From the sequence record SRR22947727_4515: a stretch of 37,859 nucleotides of DNA. One strand, given 5' to 3'. Numbering within the stretch: the stretch's first letter is position 1; every line of letters starts with the position of its first letter. The notes beneath the pieces are model-generated. The model saw nothing but the letters and a program-made list of their open reading frames with translations. It was not told the DNA's origin and made no database searches. This document shows, piece by piece, positions 1 to 9,189 of this stretch. Made by a program: the position numbers and the translations under genes.

Positions 1-92
1 CAATAGGGTCTGTTCGACGAATCAACCCTGTTCGATCGAAAGCATCGCACGAATCAATAGGGTTCGATCGTTGAACATACCCTATTGATTCG
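1..92. repeat. REP-like intergenic repeat, tetramer (two 43-bp palindromic dimers with an 11-nt spacer; first dimer cut by the window start)
   Basis: 1-38 is caatagggt-ctgttcgacgaatca-accctgttcgatcg. The spacer is 39-49. 50-92 is cgaatcaatagggt...accctattgattcg, with a perfect 16-bp inverted repeat at 48-63/79-94. Confidence 0.9.
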
Positions 93-100
93 TGTAAAAT
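71..100 (+). promoter_or_regulatory. Candidate sigma70 promoter for a leaderless transcript of the 107..2539 gene
   Basis: TTGAAC (71-76), 18 nt, TAAAAT (95-100), 6 nt, ATG at 107. The -35 lies in the loop of the repeat hairpin. Confidence 0.4.
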
Positions 101-106
101 CCATAC

Positions 107-2539
107 ATGACTCGAATTTCTCTCTGCGTCCTGTTTGCGCTTTCTCTCTCGGCATTTGCCCAAAAGAACGCTCCGGCCATTCCCGACTTCACAAAAGGAG
201 CCAAGCTGGAGCGGAATGCGCCTCACGACTGGAGTCTTGGGGCGACCGGCGCTCGTGGCTGGGTCTATGCGGCGAAGGGCGAATCGACCGCGAGCCGCCA
301 AATTTTAATCACGGATGTGACGGCCGATTCTCCATCGAACGGGGTTTTGGTAAAAGGGGATGTGATTCTCGGGCTCAATGGAAAGCAATTTGATTCTGAC
401 GCACGAATCGCTTTTGCAAAGGCGATCACAACCGCAGAAGCCGCCGACGGCAAGCTCAAGCTGATTCGCTGGCGCGGTGGGAAAACGGAACCAGCGGAAA
501 TTAAAATCGCAGTGCTGGGAAAATACTCGGGCACGGCTCCCTACAACTGCGAGAAGTCGGATCGGATCTTTGAAGCGGGTTGTGAATCTATCGCGCGAAA
601 TATCAAATCGCCGGATAAAAAGCGGCGTCATCCGATCGTCCGGGCGCTGAATGCCACGGCGTTGCTGGCGAGCGGTGACGAGAAATACCTGCCCCTAGTG
701 AAGAAGGAAATCGAGTGGGCCAAAGAATGGGAGATCAACGATGGTGATTTGCACTGCTGGGCTGCCGGGTGGGTGAATCTTTTCCTTGCCGAATATCTGC
801 TCGCGACAGGCGACAAATCGGTAATGCCTGCGCTGAAAAAGCTGAGCTACGAAATCGCGAACGGCCAGAGTAATGTGGGGACTTGGGGGCACCGATTTGC
901 CTACGAGCACAACGGAATTTTGATGGGCTACGGCGCGATGAACCAAGTCGGGCTCAGCCTGACGACGTCGATGGTGATTGCCCGCGAGGCCGGGGTTGAT
1001 GATCCAGAGGTCAATGATGCCATCGCAAGAAGCCGGACATTTCTTGAATTCTACGCAGGTCGCGGCGCGATTCCCTACGGCGATCATCACCCGTGGTTGC
1101 AGATGCACGATGACAATGGCAAAGCCTCCGCAGCGGCTGTGATGTTCGACTTTCTCGGCGACAAAGAGGAAGCGGAATTTTTCTCCAAGATGGGCACGGC
1201 GAGCTATGGCATCGAGCGGGAGTCTGGGCACACGGGGAATTTCTTCAACATGCTCTGGGCTCTGCCGGGCGTGTCGCGAAGTGGACCGGAAGCAACCGGA
1301 GCATGGATCAATGAATCCGCGTGGATGATGGATTTGGCTCGGATGCACGACGGCTCGTTCGACTTTCTTGGTAAGCCTGCGGCAACCGGTGGCGAGCATT
1401 CGTTTCGCGGTTGGGATTGCACTGGCGCGTATTTGCTCGGGTATTCGCTGGGGCGAAAGGGAACGCGGTTCACCGGTAAAAAGCCAAGCGTGTCCCCGAC
1501 ACTTTCGAAAGCAGAAGTCGCGACGATCATCGAAGACGGTCGCGGCTGGATGCCGACCACAAAATCAGAGAGCTACGATGCTCGATCCGTTGATGAACTG
1601 CTGAAAAGCATCGCAAGCTGGTCCCCGGTGATTCGTGAGCGGGCTGCGATTTCGCTGATGAAGAAAGACGACCCTAAAATCGTCCCCGCGCTTTTGAAGA
1701 TGGCCGCTTCGCAAAACAAAGACGAGATCTTCGGTGCCTGCGCGGGCTTCGAGCATTTGAAAGCCAAAGGTGCAGCCGGTGTCCCGGCGATGCGCAAGTT
1801 GCTGGCACACGACGATTTCTGGGTAAAGGCTCAAGCAGCGGAAGCGCTCGCAGGAATTGGCGAGCCAGCTCGCGTTGCAATTCCGGATTTGCTAAAACTC
1901 GTCGCTGCCCCGGCTGATCCTGCCGACAAGCGCAGCTACTTGCAGCGATATCTCGCCTTTGCGCTGTTCGATCAGCGCGGAGGATTGCTGGGCCGTTCGA
2001 TTGAGTCGGTCGATCGCGATCAGCTTCGTACGGCCGCCGTTGCTGTTTTGAAAAACGATGATGGCCGGGCTCGCGGCGCCTTAAAGACGGTTTACACGCA
2101 GCTTTCCGAAGAGGAAATCTCGCCGCTTCTTCCTGCAATCTACGACGCGGTGGTAAATCAATCCCCAAGCGGGGTGATGTTTTCTGATGGAATCCGCATG
2201 TCGGGCTTGGAGATTCTGGCTAATCATCGGATCAAAGAAGGACTCGACCTGTGTGTCGAATTGATGGAATTCGATCGCTGGGGATCCGATGGACGGGTCA
2301 GAGGCGGCCTGAATTCACTCAAGAAATACGGAGGTTCGGCAAAACCAGCCTTGCCGAAGCTTCGCGAGTTTGCCCAGGCGCTTTACGAGCATGAGAAGTT
2401 CGAGATATCGAAGCCCGAGTCGCGGCGTCACAACGAAAAGATGGCCAAGCACTACGAAACGCTCTCGAAGATCATCGCTGACATCGAAAAGGCGGAGGCA
2501 GGGAAACCGCTCCGCTCCATCAACGAATGGAAAAACTGA
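107..2539 (+). CDS. Secreted multidomain protein, DUF6288-like (signal peptide, PDZ-like segment, helical barrel, HEAT repeats)
   Basis: 810-aa ORF with a Sec signal (MTRISLCVLFALSLSAFA). PDZ-like ITDVTADSPSNGVLVKGDVILGLNG. HEAT-like repeats (WSPVIRERAAISL; DFWVKAQAAEALAGIG). The DUF6288 assignment is from recall. Confidence 0.65.
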   Translation: MTRISLCVLFALSLSAFAQKNAPAIPDFTKGAKLERNAPHDWSLGATGARGWVYAAKGESTASRQILITDVTADSPSNGVLVKGDVILGLNGKQFDSDARIAFAKAITTAEAADGKLKLIRWRGGKTEPAEIKIAVLGKYSGTAPYNCEKSDRIFEAGCESIARNIKSPDKKRRHPIVRALNATALLASGDEKYLPLVKKEIEWAKEWEINDGDLHCWAAGWVNLFLAEYLLATGDKSVMPALKKLSYEIANGQSNVGTWGHRFAYEHNGILMGYGAMNQVGLSLTTSMVIAREAGVDDPEVNDAIARSRTFLEFYAGRGAIPYGDHHPWLQMHDDNGKASAAAVMFDFLGDKEEAEFFSKMGTASYGIERESGHTGNFFNMLWALPGVSRSGPEATGAWINESAWMMDLARMHDGSFDFLGKPAATGGEHSFRGWDCTGAYLLGYSLGRKGTRFTGKKPSVSPTLSKAEVATIIEDGRGWMPTTKSESYDARSVDELLKSIASWSPVIRERAAISLMKKDDPKIVPALLKMAASQNKDEIFGACAGFEHLKAKGAAGVPAMRKLLAHDDFWVKAQAAEALAGIGEPARVAIPDLLKLVAAPADPADKRSYLQRYLAFALFDQRGGLLGRSIESVDRDQLRTAAVAVLKNDDGRARGALKTVYTQLSEEEISPLLPAIYDAVVNQSPSGVMFSDGIRMSGLEILANHRIKEGLDLCVELMEFDRWGSDGRVRGGLNSLKKYGGSAKPALPKLREFAQALYEHEKFEISKPESRRHNEKMAKHYETLSKIIADIEKAEAGKPLRSINEWKN

Positions 2540-3123
2540 CCGCCGCTTTTTTCGAAAGGGATGCAACCGTCTGCGCCCGCAAGTTGATCGGCTGCACTTT
2601 CCGCTGGAAATCGACCGCAGGGATTGTTGTCGAAACGGAGGCTTACGCTGAACATGGCGACGAGGCGTGCCATCTCTTTTCGCGCCCGAGCGCGCGGGAA
2701 TTTGTCGCGAAAAAACCAGCTGGATCGGCCTACGTTTATTTGAATTACGGGATCTACTGGCTGGTCAATGTGGTCTGCAAAAATACGGTGACTGGTGATC
2801 GTGGGTTCGTTTTAATCCGCGCTCTTGAACCCACCGCCGGACTTGCCGCGATGAAAAAACGTCGGAACAAGGAGCGGCTCAGAGAACTTTGCTCCGGTCC
2901 CGGGAAAATCGGGCAGGCACTCGGGATAACTGGGAAAGATCATGGAAAAAACCTGACGCTCCCGCCGGAAGGAAACCAATCCGGCTTCTGGACGCCGGAT
3001 AGCGACGACTTCGAAATCGAAACGGATCGCCGCATAGGGATCTCAAAAGCGAAAGAGCTCGAATGGCGATTCTTAATGGCGGGCAGTGAGCATGTTTCGA
3101 TTGCCGTCGGAAAGGGGCGGTGA
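2527..3123 (+). CDS. mpg: DNA-3-methyladenine glycosylase (MPG/AAG family)
   Basis: Motifs GIVVETEAY, AYVYLNYG, VLIRALEP, LCSGPGK and RIGISKA. Overlaps the upstream gene by 13 nt. Confidence 0.92.
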   Translation: MEKLTAAFFERDATVCARKLIGCTFRWKSTAGIVVETEAYAEHGDEACHLFSRPSAREFVAKKPAGSAYVYLNYGIYWLVNVVCKNTVTGDRGFVLIRALEPTAGLAAMKKRRNKERLRELCSGPGKIGQALGITGKDHGKNLTLPPEGNQSGFWTPDSDDFEIETDRRIGISKAKELEWRFLMAGSEHVSIAVGKGR

Positions 3124-3135
3124 GCAAACGACTCA

Positions 3136-5175
3136 TCAATGAACTCGCTGACCAGGCACCGCGCCTTCATCCGGCGAGAGCATGTAGACTTCTTTTTTAC
3201 CAGATCCAGAGGCAATAATCATGCCTTCGCTGACACCAAATTTCATTTTCCGCGGAGCCAAGTTCGCAACCATCACGACAAGTTTTCCGACGAGTTCAGC
3301 GGGTTCGTAGGCTTCTTTCACGCCAGCAAACACGTTGCGGGTTTCATCGCCACCAAGACTGAGCTTTAGCTGAATCAGCTTTTTGGCCTCAGGAACTTCA
3401 TTCGCTTCGACAACCCGAGCGACGCGCAAATCGAGCTTCATGAAATCATCGAATGAAATTTCATCTTCAATCGGCTCGGCCTTGAGAGCTTCGTCGCTGT
3501 CATCAAAATTCTGGATTACAGCAGGCGCCGTTTCTTCGATAACAACCGACTCGTCGATCATTGCCTGCACTTTTTTCGGATCGACCCGCTGCATCATGTG
3601 CTTGAATTTATTCACCGGCGTTCCGAGCAATGGCGTTTTTGATTGCTCCCAATTCGTAATCGGCTCGCCCAGCAGTTCGCCGCATTTCTCCGCGATATCC
3701 GGCAAAACCGGAGCGAGATAAATCGACAACTGGCGGAACAAATTCAGAGCAATCGAACAGACATCCTGAAGTTGCTGCGCTTTGTCAGGGTCTTTCTTCA
3801 GTTCCCAAGGAGCGTTATTTTCCACGAACGGATTCGCTTTATCCGCGAGTTCCAGAATCTGGCGCATCGCTTTCGAAAAATCACCAGCTTCGTAGGCTTC
3901 CGCAATGGGATCACCCGCTGTAGCGAATTCAGCAAACAAACCGCCGTCGTCTGGGTATTTATCAGATAGCCCAACTGCACCTGCAAATTTCGCGGTCCGA
4001 CTGGCGAGGTTCACCACTTTTCCAACGAGATCGCTGTTCACTTTGGCGACGAATTCATCGACGTTCAGATCGATGTCTTCAACCCGAGACGACAATTTTG
4101 AGGCATAGTAGTAGCGAAGAAAATTCGGGTCGAGGTGCTCAAGATATTTTGAAGCATTGATGAACGTGCCGCGAGACTTTGACATCTTCTCGCCATCAAC
4201 ACCGAGGAAGCCATGAATGTGAACTTTCGTCGGCAGACTAAATCCCGCCGTTTTTAACATCGTCGGCCAAAAAAGCGTGTGAAAATACTGAATGTCTTTT
4301 CCAATGAAGTGATGGATTTCCGTCGATTCAGAATTCCACCAATCCTCCAGCTTCTCGCCGTTTTTGTCGCACCACTGCTGAGTCGAACCAATGTATCCAA
4401 TCGGCGCATCAAACCAGACATACCAATAATTTCCGGGCGAATCCGGAATTTCAAATCCGAAGTAGGGCCCCGGGCGCGAAATATCCCAAGCCCGAAGCGG
4501 TTCGTTCAAAAACGAGCCTTTCAGATGGTTGGCGCTCTCCGTCGGAACACTTCCCGACTGAATCCACTCATCAAGAAAAGCATGCTCTTTTTCAATCTGG
4601 ACAAACAAGTGCTTGGCCTTTCGAATTTCCGGTGTGGTTCCTGAAAGCCCGCTGATGGGATCAACCAGTTCGGCTGGCGAATAAGTTTCGCCGCAGTTTC
4701 CGCAGTTATCTCCCGGCTGGTCTTTCGACCCACATTTCGGACAGGTTCCCCGCACGAGTCGATCAGCTAAAAACTGGCCTTTCTCGACATCAAAAAGCTG
4801 CTCGATCTCTTCTTCAACCACCATGTCGGCGTCGCGCAGAGATTTCCAGACTCGGTTGCACTGCTCCAAATTCTCGGGGCTGTTGGTCGAGCCGTAGTTA
4901 TCAAACTCAATCCCGAATCCAGTGAAGTCGGTCTGATGAGAAGCGCTCATTTCAGCGATGAATTCCTCTTCAGTAACGCCCTTTTTCTGGGCGCTGATCA
5001 TGATGGCGGTGCCGTGAGTGTCGTCGGCACAGATGTAAATGCAGCGATGACCGCGCATTTTCTGAAACCGCACCCAAATATCTGTCTGCAAATATTCTAC
5101 CAGATGACCGATGTGGATCGGGCCATTGGCATACGGCAACGCCGAGGTTACGAGGATTTTTCTTTCGTCTGACAT
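3136..5175 (-). CDS. metG: Methionine--tRNA ligase with C-terminal tRNA-binding (Trbp111-like) domain
   Basis: [24 protein letters not shown] zinc knuckle, [11 protein letters not shown]-terminal DLRVARV...[18 protein letters not shown] 5175 preferred over GTG 5184. Confidence 0.97.
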   Translation of the reverse strand: MSDERKILVTSALPYANGPIHIGHLVEYLQTDIWVRFQKMRGHRCIYICADDTHGTAIMISAQKKGVTEEEFIAEMSASHQTDFTGFGIEFDNYGSTNSPENLEQCNRVWKSLRDADMVVEEEIEQLFDVEKGQFLADRLVRGTCPKCGSKDQPGDNCGNCGETYSPAELVDPISGLSGTTPEIRKAKHLFVQIEKEHAFLDEWIQSGSVPTESANHLKGSFLNEPLRAWDISRPGPYFGFEIPDSPGNYWYVWFDAPIGYIGSTQQWCDKNGEKLEDWWNSESTEIHHFIGKDIQYFHTLFWPTMLKTAGFSLPTKVHIHGFLGVDGEKMSKSRGTFINASKYLEHLDPNFLRYYYASKLSSRVEDIDLNVDEFVAKVNSDLVGKVVNLASRTAKFAGAVGLSDKYPDDGGLFAEFATAGDPIAEAYEAGDFSKAMRQILELADKANPFVENNAPWELKKDPDKAQQLQDVCSIALNLFRQLSIYLAPVLPDIAEKCGELLGEPITNWEQSKTPLLGTPVNKFKHMMQRVDPKKVQAMIDESVVIEETAPAVIQNFDDSDEALKAEPIEDEISFDDFMKLDLRVARVVEANEVPEAKKLIQLKLSLGGDETRNVFAGVKEAYEPAELVGKLVVMVANLAPRKMKFGVSEGMIIASGSGKKEVYMLSPDEGAVPGQRVH

Positions 5176-5183
5176 GTACGCCA

Positions 5184-5226
5184 CGAATCAACCCTATTGA
5201 GTCAACGAATCAACCCTATTGGATCG
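5184..5226. repeat. REP-like repeat, 43-bp head-to-tail dimer
   Basis: cgaatcaaccctattgagtca-a-cgaatcaaccctattggatcg: two 21-mers in direct orientation, 22-nt period. Confidence 0.88.
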
Positions 5227-5254
5227 GAAAATTTCGGGCCTCGATTACTACCAA

Positions 5255-6028
5255 TCATGGCTTCACTGCGGCATCAACGAATGCCTTGATCAGTTTTCGC
5301 TGACGCTCATCATCGGCGAAAAGTTTTTCGGGATGCCACTGAACGCCAATGAGAAATCGATTGGGATCGGTCGTTTCAGTAGCTTCCACGACCCCTTCAG
5401 GACTTTTTGCGACAACTCGCAAATTGTTCCCGATATCTTTCACCGCCTGGTGATGCAGTGAATTCACTTCAAACTCGGTATCACCGTCGAAAATCTTACT
5501 GAGCCTTGAATCAGCCTCCAAATTAACACCGTGAGTTACATCGCGATGATTTACCCCAAATGTCGTGGGAATATCCTGCACCAACGAACCGCCACTAGCG
5601 ACATTGATCCACTGACTTCCCAGACAAATCCCGAGCATCGGTTTATCGGTTTTTTCAATCCAGGCTTTCGAAAGTGCCTTTTCAAAAAGAAAGCGGTCAT
5701 CCGCGAGGATTTTCACAGTTTCATGAGGTTCTTCACCGTATTCTGATGGCGGGATATCGGCGCCACCCGGCATCAGTAAACCGTCCAGTAATTCGAGATA
5801 TTTTTCGATTTCCTCGTCGCTGCCATCACCATTTGGCAAAACAATGGGAATGCCGCCTGATTCCCGAACCGCAATCGTATAGGTATCACTCGTCAGACTG
5901 GATATTCCGATCAGTGGACCATCGAGTTTCGAACCCGTAGTCTCGGGGCCGTTTTTCTGCCCCATGAAAAAACCCAGTGCTCCAGCAATAATTATTGCCA
6001 GGGCAGTCAAAACAGATCGGCGATTCAT
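5255..6028 (-). CDS. Peptidase C26 / gamma-glutamyl-gamma-aminobutyrate hydrolase-like class I glutamine amidotransferase with N-terminal signal/anchor
   Basis: [11 protein letters not shown], nucleophile [14 protein letters not shown] and GVQWHPE. Hydrophobic N-terminus [23 protein letters not shown]. Confidence 0.88.
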   Translation of the reverse strand: MNRRSVLTALAIIIAGALGFFMGQKNGPETTGSKLDGPLIGISSLTSDTYTIAVRESGGIPIVLPNGDGSDEEIEKYLELLDGLLMPGGADIPPSEYGEEPHETVKILADDRFLFEKALSKAWIEKTDKPMLGICLGSQWINVASGGSLVQDIPTTFGVNHRDVTHGVNLEADSRLSKIFDGDTEFEVNSLHHQAVKDIGNNLRVVAKSPEGVVEATETTDPNRFLIGVQWHPEKLFADDERQRKLIKAFVDAAVKP

Positions 6029-6123
6029 GAATTACAAAACAGCGCAAACCATAGTTTGCAAGACTCCTTCATTCCCAGTTTGCGCCCCGTGCTCTCTTGT
6101 GAGAAATTCCCGCTCACAAAATC

Positions 6124-7866
6124 ATGGCCACCAAAAAGAAAGCTCCCGCTAAAAAATCCGCAGCGAAAAAGAAATCGACCGCCACTCCGGCGCATCGCCA
6201 GTTCTCCAGCCCAATGCTGGACGGACCTGACCGTGCACCGAGCCGCGCGATGCTTCACCCTGTCGGTTTTAAAGACGAAGATTTTAAGAAGTCGATCATC
6301 GGTGTCGCTTCGACTTGGAGCATGGTCACGCCATGCAACATGCACATCGACAAGCTCGCGAAAGAGTCGGTGAAAGGCGCAGACGCTGCCGGTGGCAAAG
6401 CGATTGAATTCAATACAATCACGATTTCTGACGGTATCTCGATGGGAACCGAAGGCATGAAATACTCGTTGGTAAGCCGCGAGGTCATTGCTGATTCTAT
6501 CGAAACCGTTGTCGGCTGCGAAGGAATGGATGGCGTCGTTGCGATCGGTGGTTGCGACAAAAACATGCCTGCTTGTGTGATGGCGATGGCGCGGATGAAT
6601 CGCCCCGGAGTTTTTGTTTACGGCGGCACGATCAAGCCCGGCTGTCACGATGGCAAAGACGTCGACATCGTATCTGTTTTCGAAGCCGTTGGTCAGCACA
6701 GTGCTGGAAAAATCGATAATAAAGAACTCGATGGCGTCACAAAAACCGCGATCCCCGGACCGGGTTCTTGCGGCGGAATGTATACGGCGAACACAATGGC
6801 ATCAGCGATCGAAGCGCTTGGCATGAGCCTTCCGAACAGTTCCGCACAGGCAGCTGTTTCCGACGAAAAATTGATGGACAGCTTCGACGCAGGTGCCGCG
6901 GTGGTGAACCTCATTCAGAAAAATATTCGCCCGCGCGACATCATGACGAAGAAGGCGTTTGAGAATGCCATCACGATGACAATTGCTCTCGGCGGCTCGA
7001 CCAACGCAGTCCTTCACTTGCTCGGGATGGCATCAGCCGCAGATGTAAATCTTTCGATCGATGACTTCACTCGCATTGGTAAAAAAGTTCCCGTTTTGGC
7101 GGACCTCAAGCCAAGCGGCAAAAACATGATGATGAAGCTCGTCGAAATCGGCGGCACGCTTCCTCTGATGAAAATGCTTCTCAAAGCGGGACTCATTCAC
7201 GGCGACTGCATGACTGTGACCGGAAAAACCGTGGCACAGAATTTGGCGAAGGTGAAACCTTATCCGAAAGAGCAGGACATCATTCGCACGCTGAAAAATC
7301 CGATCAAGCCGAACAGCCACCTCGTGATTCTTTATGGAAACCTCGCGCCTGAAGGTGCTGTCGCAAAAATCTCCGGCAAAGAAGGGCTCACCTTCGAAGG
7401 AAAAGCGAAGTGCTACAATTCTGAAGAGCTTGCGATGACCGCGATTCTTGGCGGAAAAATCAGAAAAGGCGACGTCATCGTGATTCGTCACGAAGGCCCG
7501 AAAGGTGGCCCCGGAATGCGGGAGATGCTTGGGCCCACCGGTGCCATCATGGGAGCTGGACTCGGAAACGATGTTGCACTGATCACCGACGGTCGCTTCT
7601 CCGGCGGCAGTCATGGCTTTGTGATCGGTCACGTCACCCCGGAAGCTTTTGAAGGCGGTCCGATCGCCCTCATCAAAAACGGAGACAAGATAGTAATCGA
7701 TGCCGAGAAGCGCGAAATCTCACTAGCCATAACCAAGAAGGAACTCGCTGACCGCAAGAAAAAGTGGAAGCAGCCCAAGCCGAAGTATCGTCGCGGTGTG
7801 CTTGCAAAATATGCAAAATTGGTGAGCAGCGCATCAACCGGTGCAGTGACCGACGGCGATTGCTAA
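6124..7866 (+). CDS. ilvD: Dihydroxy-acid dehydratase
   Basis: [53 protein letters not shown] and ITDGRFSGG. Confidence 0.97.
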   Translation: MATKKKAPAKKSAAKKKSTATPAHRQFSSPMLDGPDRAPSRAMLHPVGFKDEDFKKSIIGVASTWSMVTPCNMHIDKLAKESVKGADAAGGKAIEFNTITISDGISMGTEGMKYSLVSREVIADSIETVVGCEGMDGVVAIGGCDKNMPACVMAMARMNRPGVFVYGGTIKPGCHDGKDVDIVSVFEAVGQHSAGKIDNKELDGVTKTAIPGPGSCGGMYTANTMASAIEALGMSLPNSSAQAAVSDEKLMDSFDAGAAVVNLIQKNIRPRDIMTKKAFENAITMTIALGGSTNAVLHLLGMASAADVNLSIDDFTRIGKKVPVLADLKPSGKNMMMKLVEIGGTLPLMKMLLKAGLIHGDCMTVTGKTVAQNLAKVKPYPKEQDIIRTLKNPIKPNSHLVILYGNLAPEGAVAKISGKEGLTFEGKAKCYNSEELAMTAILGGKIRKGDVIVIRHEGPKGGPGMREMLGPTGAIMGAGLGNDVALITDGRFSGGSHGFVIGHVTPEAFEGGPIALIKNGDKIVIDAEKREISLAITKKELADRKKKWKQPKPKYRRGVLAKYAKLVSSASTGAVTDGDC

Positions 7867-7870
7867 TTTA

Positions 7871-7913
7871 CGATCAGACAGGGTTGGTTCGCCGAATGAA
7901 CCCTGTTCGTTCG
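7871..7913. repeat. REP-like repeat, 43-bp palindromic dimer
   Basis: cgatcagacagggttggttcg-c-cgaatgaaccctgttcgttcg, starting 5 nt after the ilvD stop. Confidence 0.88.
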
Positions 7914-8226
7914 CATCCGCAAATTCCTTCGGATAGCGAAAATCCCGCCGCTCAGGTTTCGGCAACCACAACGATTTCCGGGGCTGAATCAGGACCGTTT
8001 CAAAAATGGACTTCTGCGACTAGCGGAAGCATTCCCGAAATGACCTCTCGCGGAACCGATTCAATCGCCGAGGCGACGACCGGCGCATTCTGAATTCGCT
8101 GCCAAACATAGACACGTTGGGTCAACGAAGCGCCGGATTTGCCGTTCGGCCCAGTTTTCTGCCACAAAAAATATCCACCAATCGCGAAAAAAACGAGGGC
8201 GATGATAATGAAAAGCGTTTTGGCAT
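7914..8226 (-). pseudogene. Remnant of a DUF3142-like exported protein (frameshift, two in-frame stops, 3' truncated)
   Basis: Hand translation: KTLFIIIALVFFAIGGYFLWQKTGPNGKSGASLTQRVYVWQRIQNAPVVASAIESVPREVISGMLPLVAEVHF*NGPDSAPEIVVVAET*. ATG 8226 is one A short of this frame. TGA at 8002-8000 and 7954-7952. YVWQR and LxAEV resemble DUF3142 N-termini (recall). Confidence 0.55.
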
Positions 8227-8280
8227 AAAAAACTACGATTTCAGATCAAATTTAGCCCAAAAGTGGCAGATTACATTCTC

Positions 8281-8309
8281 TAGACAAATTCAGTGAAGTT
8301 TGTTAAATT
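8281..8309 (+). promoter_or_regulatory. sigma70-type promoter with extended -10, leaderless geometry
   Basis: TAGACA (8281-8286), 17 nt, TGn-TAAATT (TG 8301-8302; 8304-8309), 6 nt, GTG at 8316. Confidence 0.55.
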
Positions 8310-8315
8310 ATCGTC

Positions 8316-8819
8316 GTGCAAGAGTACGCCTACATCCACGACGAAGAAAAAATGCCCGACACCCTCCGTGACGTGCCGTTTCTTGAATCTTTCTCCGAGG
8401 AACATCTCGACGATGTGTTGAACTCCAGCGCATTTATAGTTTGTGATCCAGGCGATGTAATTGTCGCGGAAGGCAACGAGGCGACTCGGATTTTCATCCT
8501 ACTTGGTGGAGAGGTTGCGGTGGAAAAAGGCGGCGACACGCTTGTTACAATGGACACGGTCGGCGATATTTTTGGCGAGTTGGCAGCGTTGGAAGACGAA
8601 GTGCGATCAGCGTCCGTTGTGGCGAAAACAAAGACCTTTTGCCTCGCTGTTGATCAGAAGTTTCTCGAGCACGTGAAGCCGAAGAAGGATCATCCAGCAT
8701 TTTACGCATCGCTTTACGAATTCATTGCCAAGCTGACTGCCAAGCGTTTGAAAGCGACATCAGCTCATCTCGCGAAGGTTGATCTGGAATTGCGTGCGCT
8801 GAAGGCTTCTTTGGCATAA
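8316..8819 (+). CDS. Stand-alone cyclic nucleotide-binding domain protein
   Basis: PGDVIVAEG...IFILLGGEVAV...GDIFGELAAL...RSASVVA phosphate-binding cassette. No CRP-type HTH; the C-terminus is helical. Confidence 0.88.
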   Translation: MQEYAYIHDEEKMPDTLRDVPFLESFSEEHLDDVLNSSAFIVCDPGDVIVAEGNEATRIFILLGGEVAVEKGGDTLVTMDTVGDIFGELAALEDEVRSASVVAKTKTFCLAVDQKFLEHVKPKKDHPAFYASLYEFIAKLTAKRLKATSAHLAKVDLELRALKASLA

Positions 8820-8823
8820 CGCA

Positions 8824-9189
8824 TCAAGATTCGGATTCCAAATTGTCAGGCTCTTCCACAATCATCCACCGGTTGCGGATGCCTCTCATCGCCACTTTGA
8901 CCACACCACAATTCTGGCAGTCGAGATAGAGCTCTCTTTTATCTCTGCCTAGAACTTTGGCGTCTTTATCGCATTCTGGGCATCGCAATTCCAATTTGCC
9001 CCTCGCCACAGCGATCCCCATTCGGGCGCCAATGAAGGCCACCCAAATCACGGCAAAAATTGCAACTGAACTGGCTACATTCAGCCAATAAACTTCAGGA
9101 GCAAAAAAGTAACTCCCCATTGCTAGGGGCATCACCACCAAGGTGGTGCGACAAATGGTTGCCCAAGTTGTTGCCCGCATCGGTTTCAA
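8824..9189 (-). CDS. Small membrane protein with C-terminal zinc ribbon
   Basis: Two hydrophobic segments followed by CPEC-x14-CQNC. The TTG start overlaps the araB stop; an alternative ATG is at 9180. Confidence 0.6.
   Translation of the reverse strand: MKPMRATTWATICRTTLVVMPLAMGSYFFAPEVYWLNVASSVAIFAVIWVAFIGARMGIAVARGKLELRCPECDKDAKVLGRDKRELYLDCQNCGVVKVAMRGIRNRWMIVEEPDNLESES

Noticed and set aside
1-92. Repeat clusters as a CRISPR array
   Set aside because: Units are joined by 1 or 11 nt, occur in mixed orientation, are degenerate and dispersed, have no 30-40-nt unique spacers, and no cas genes are present.
7952-8002. In-frame TGA codons as evidence of an alternative genetic code or selenocysteine
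   Set aside because: Many intact genes here end at TGA exactly where their families end (metG, araD, mpg). The ORF also has a frameshift.
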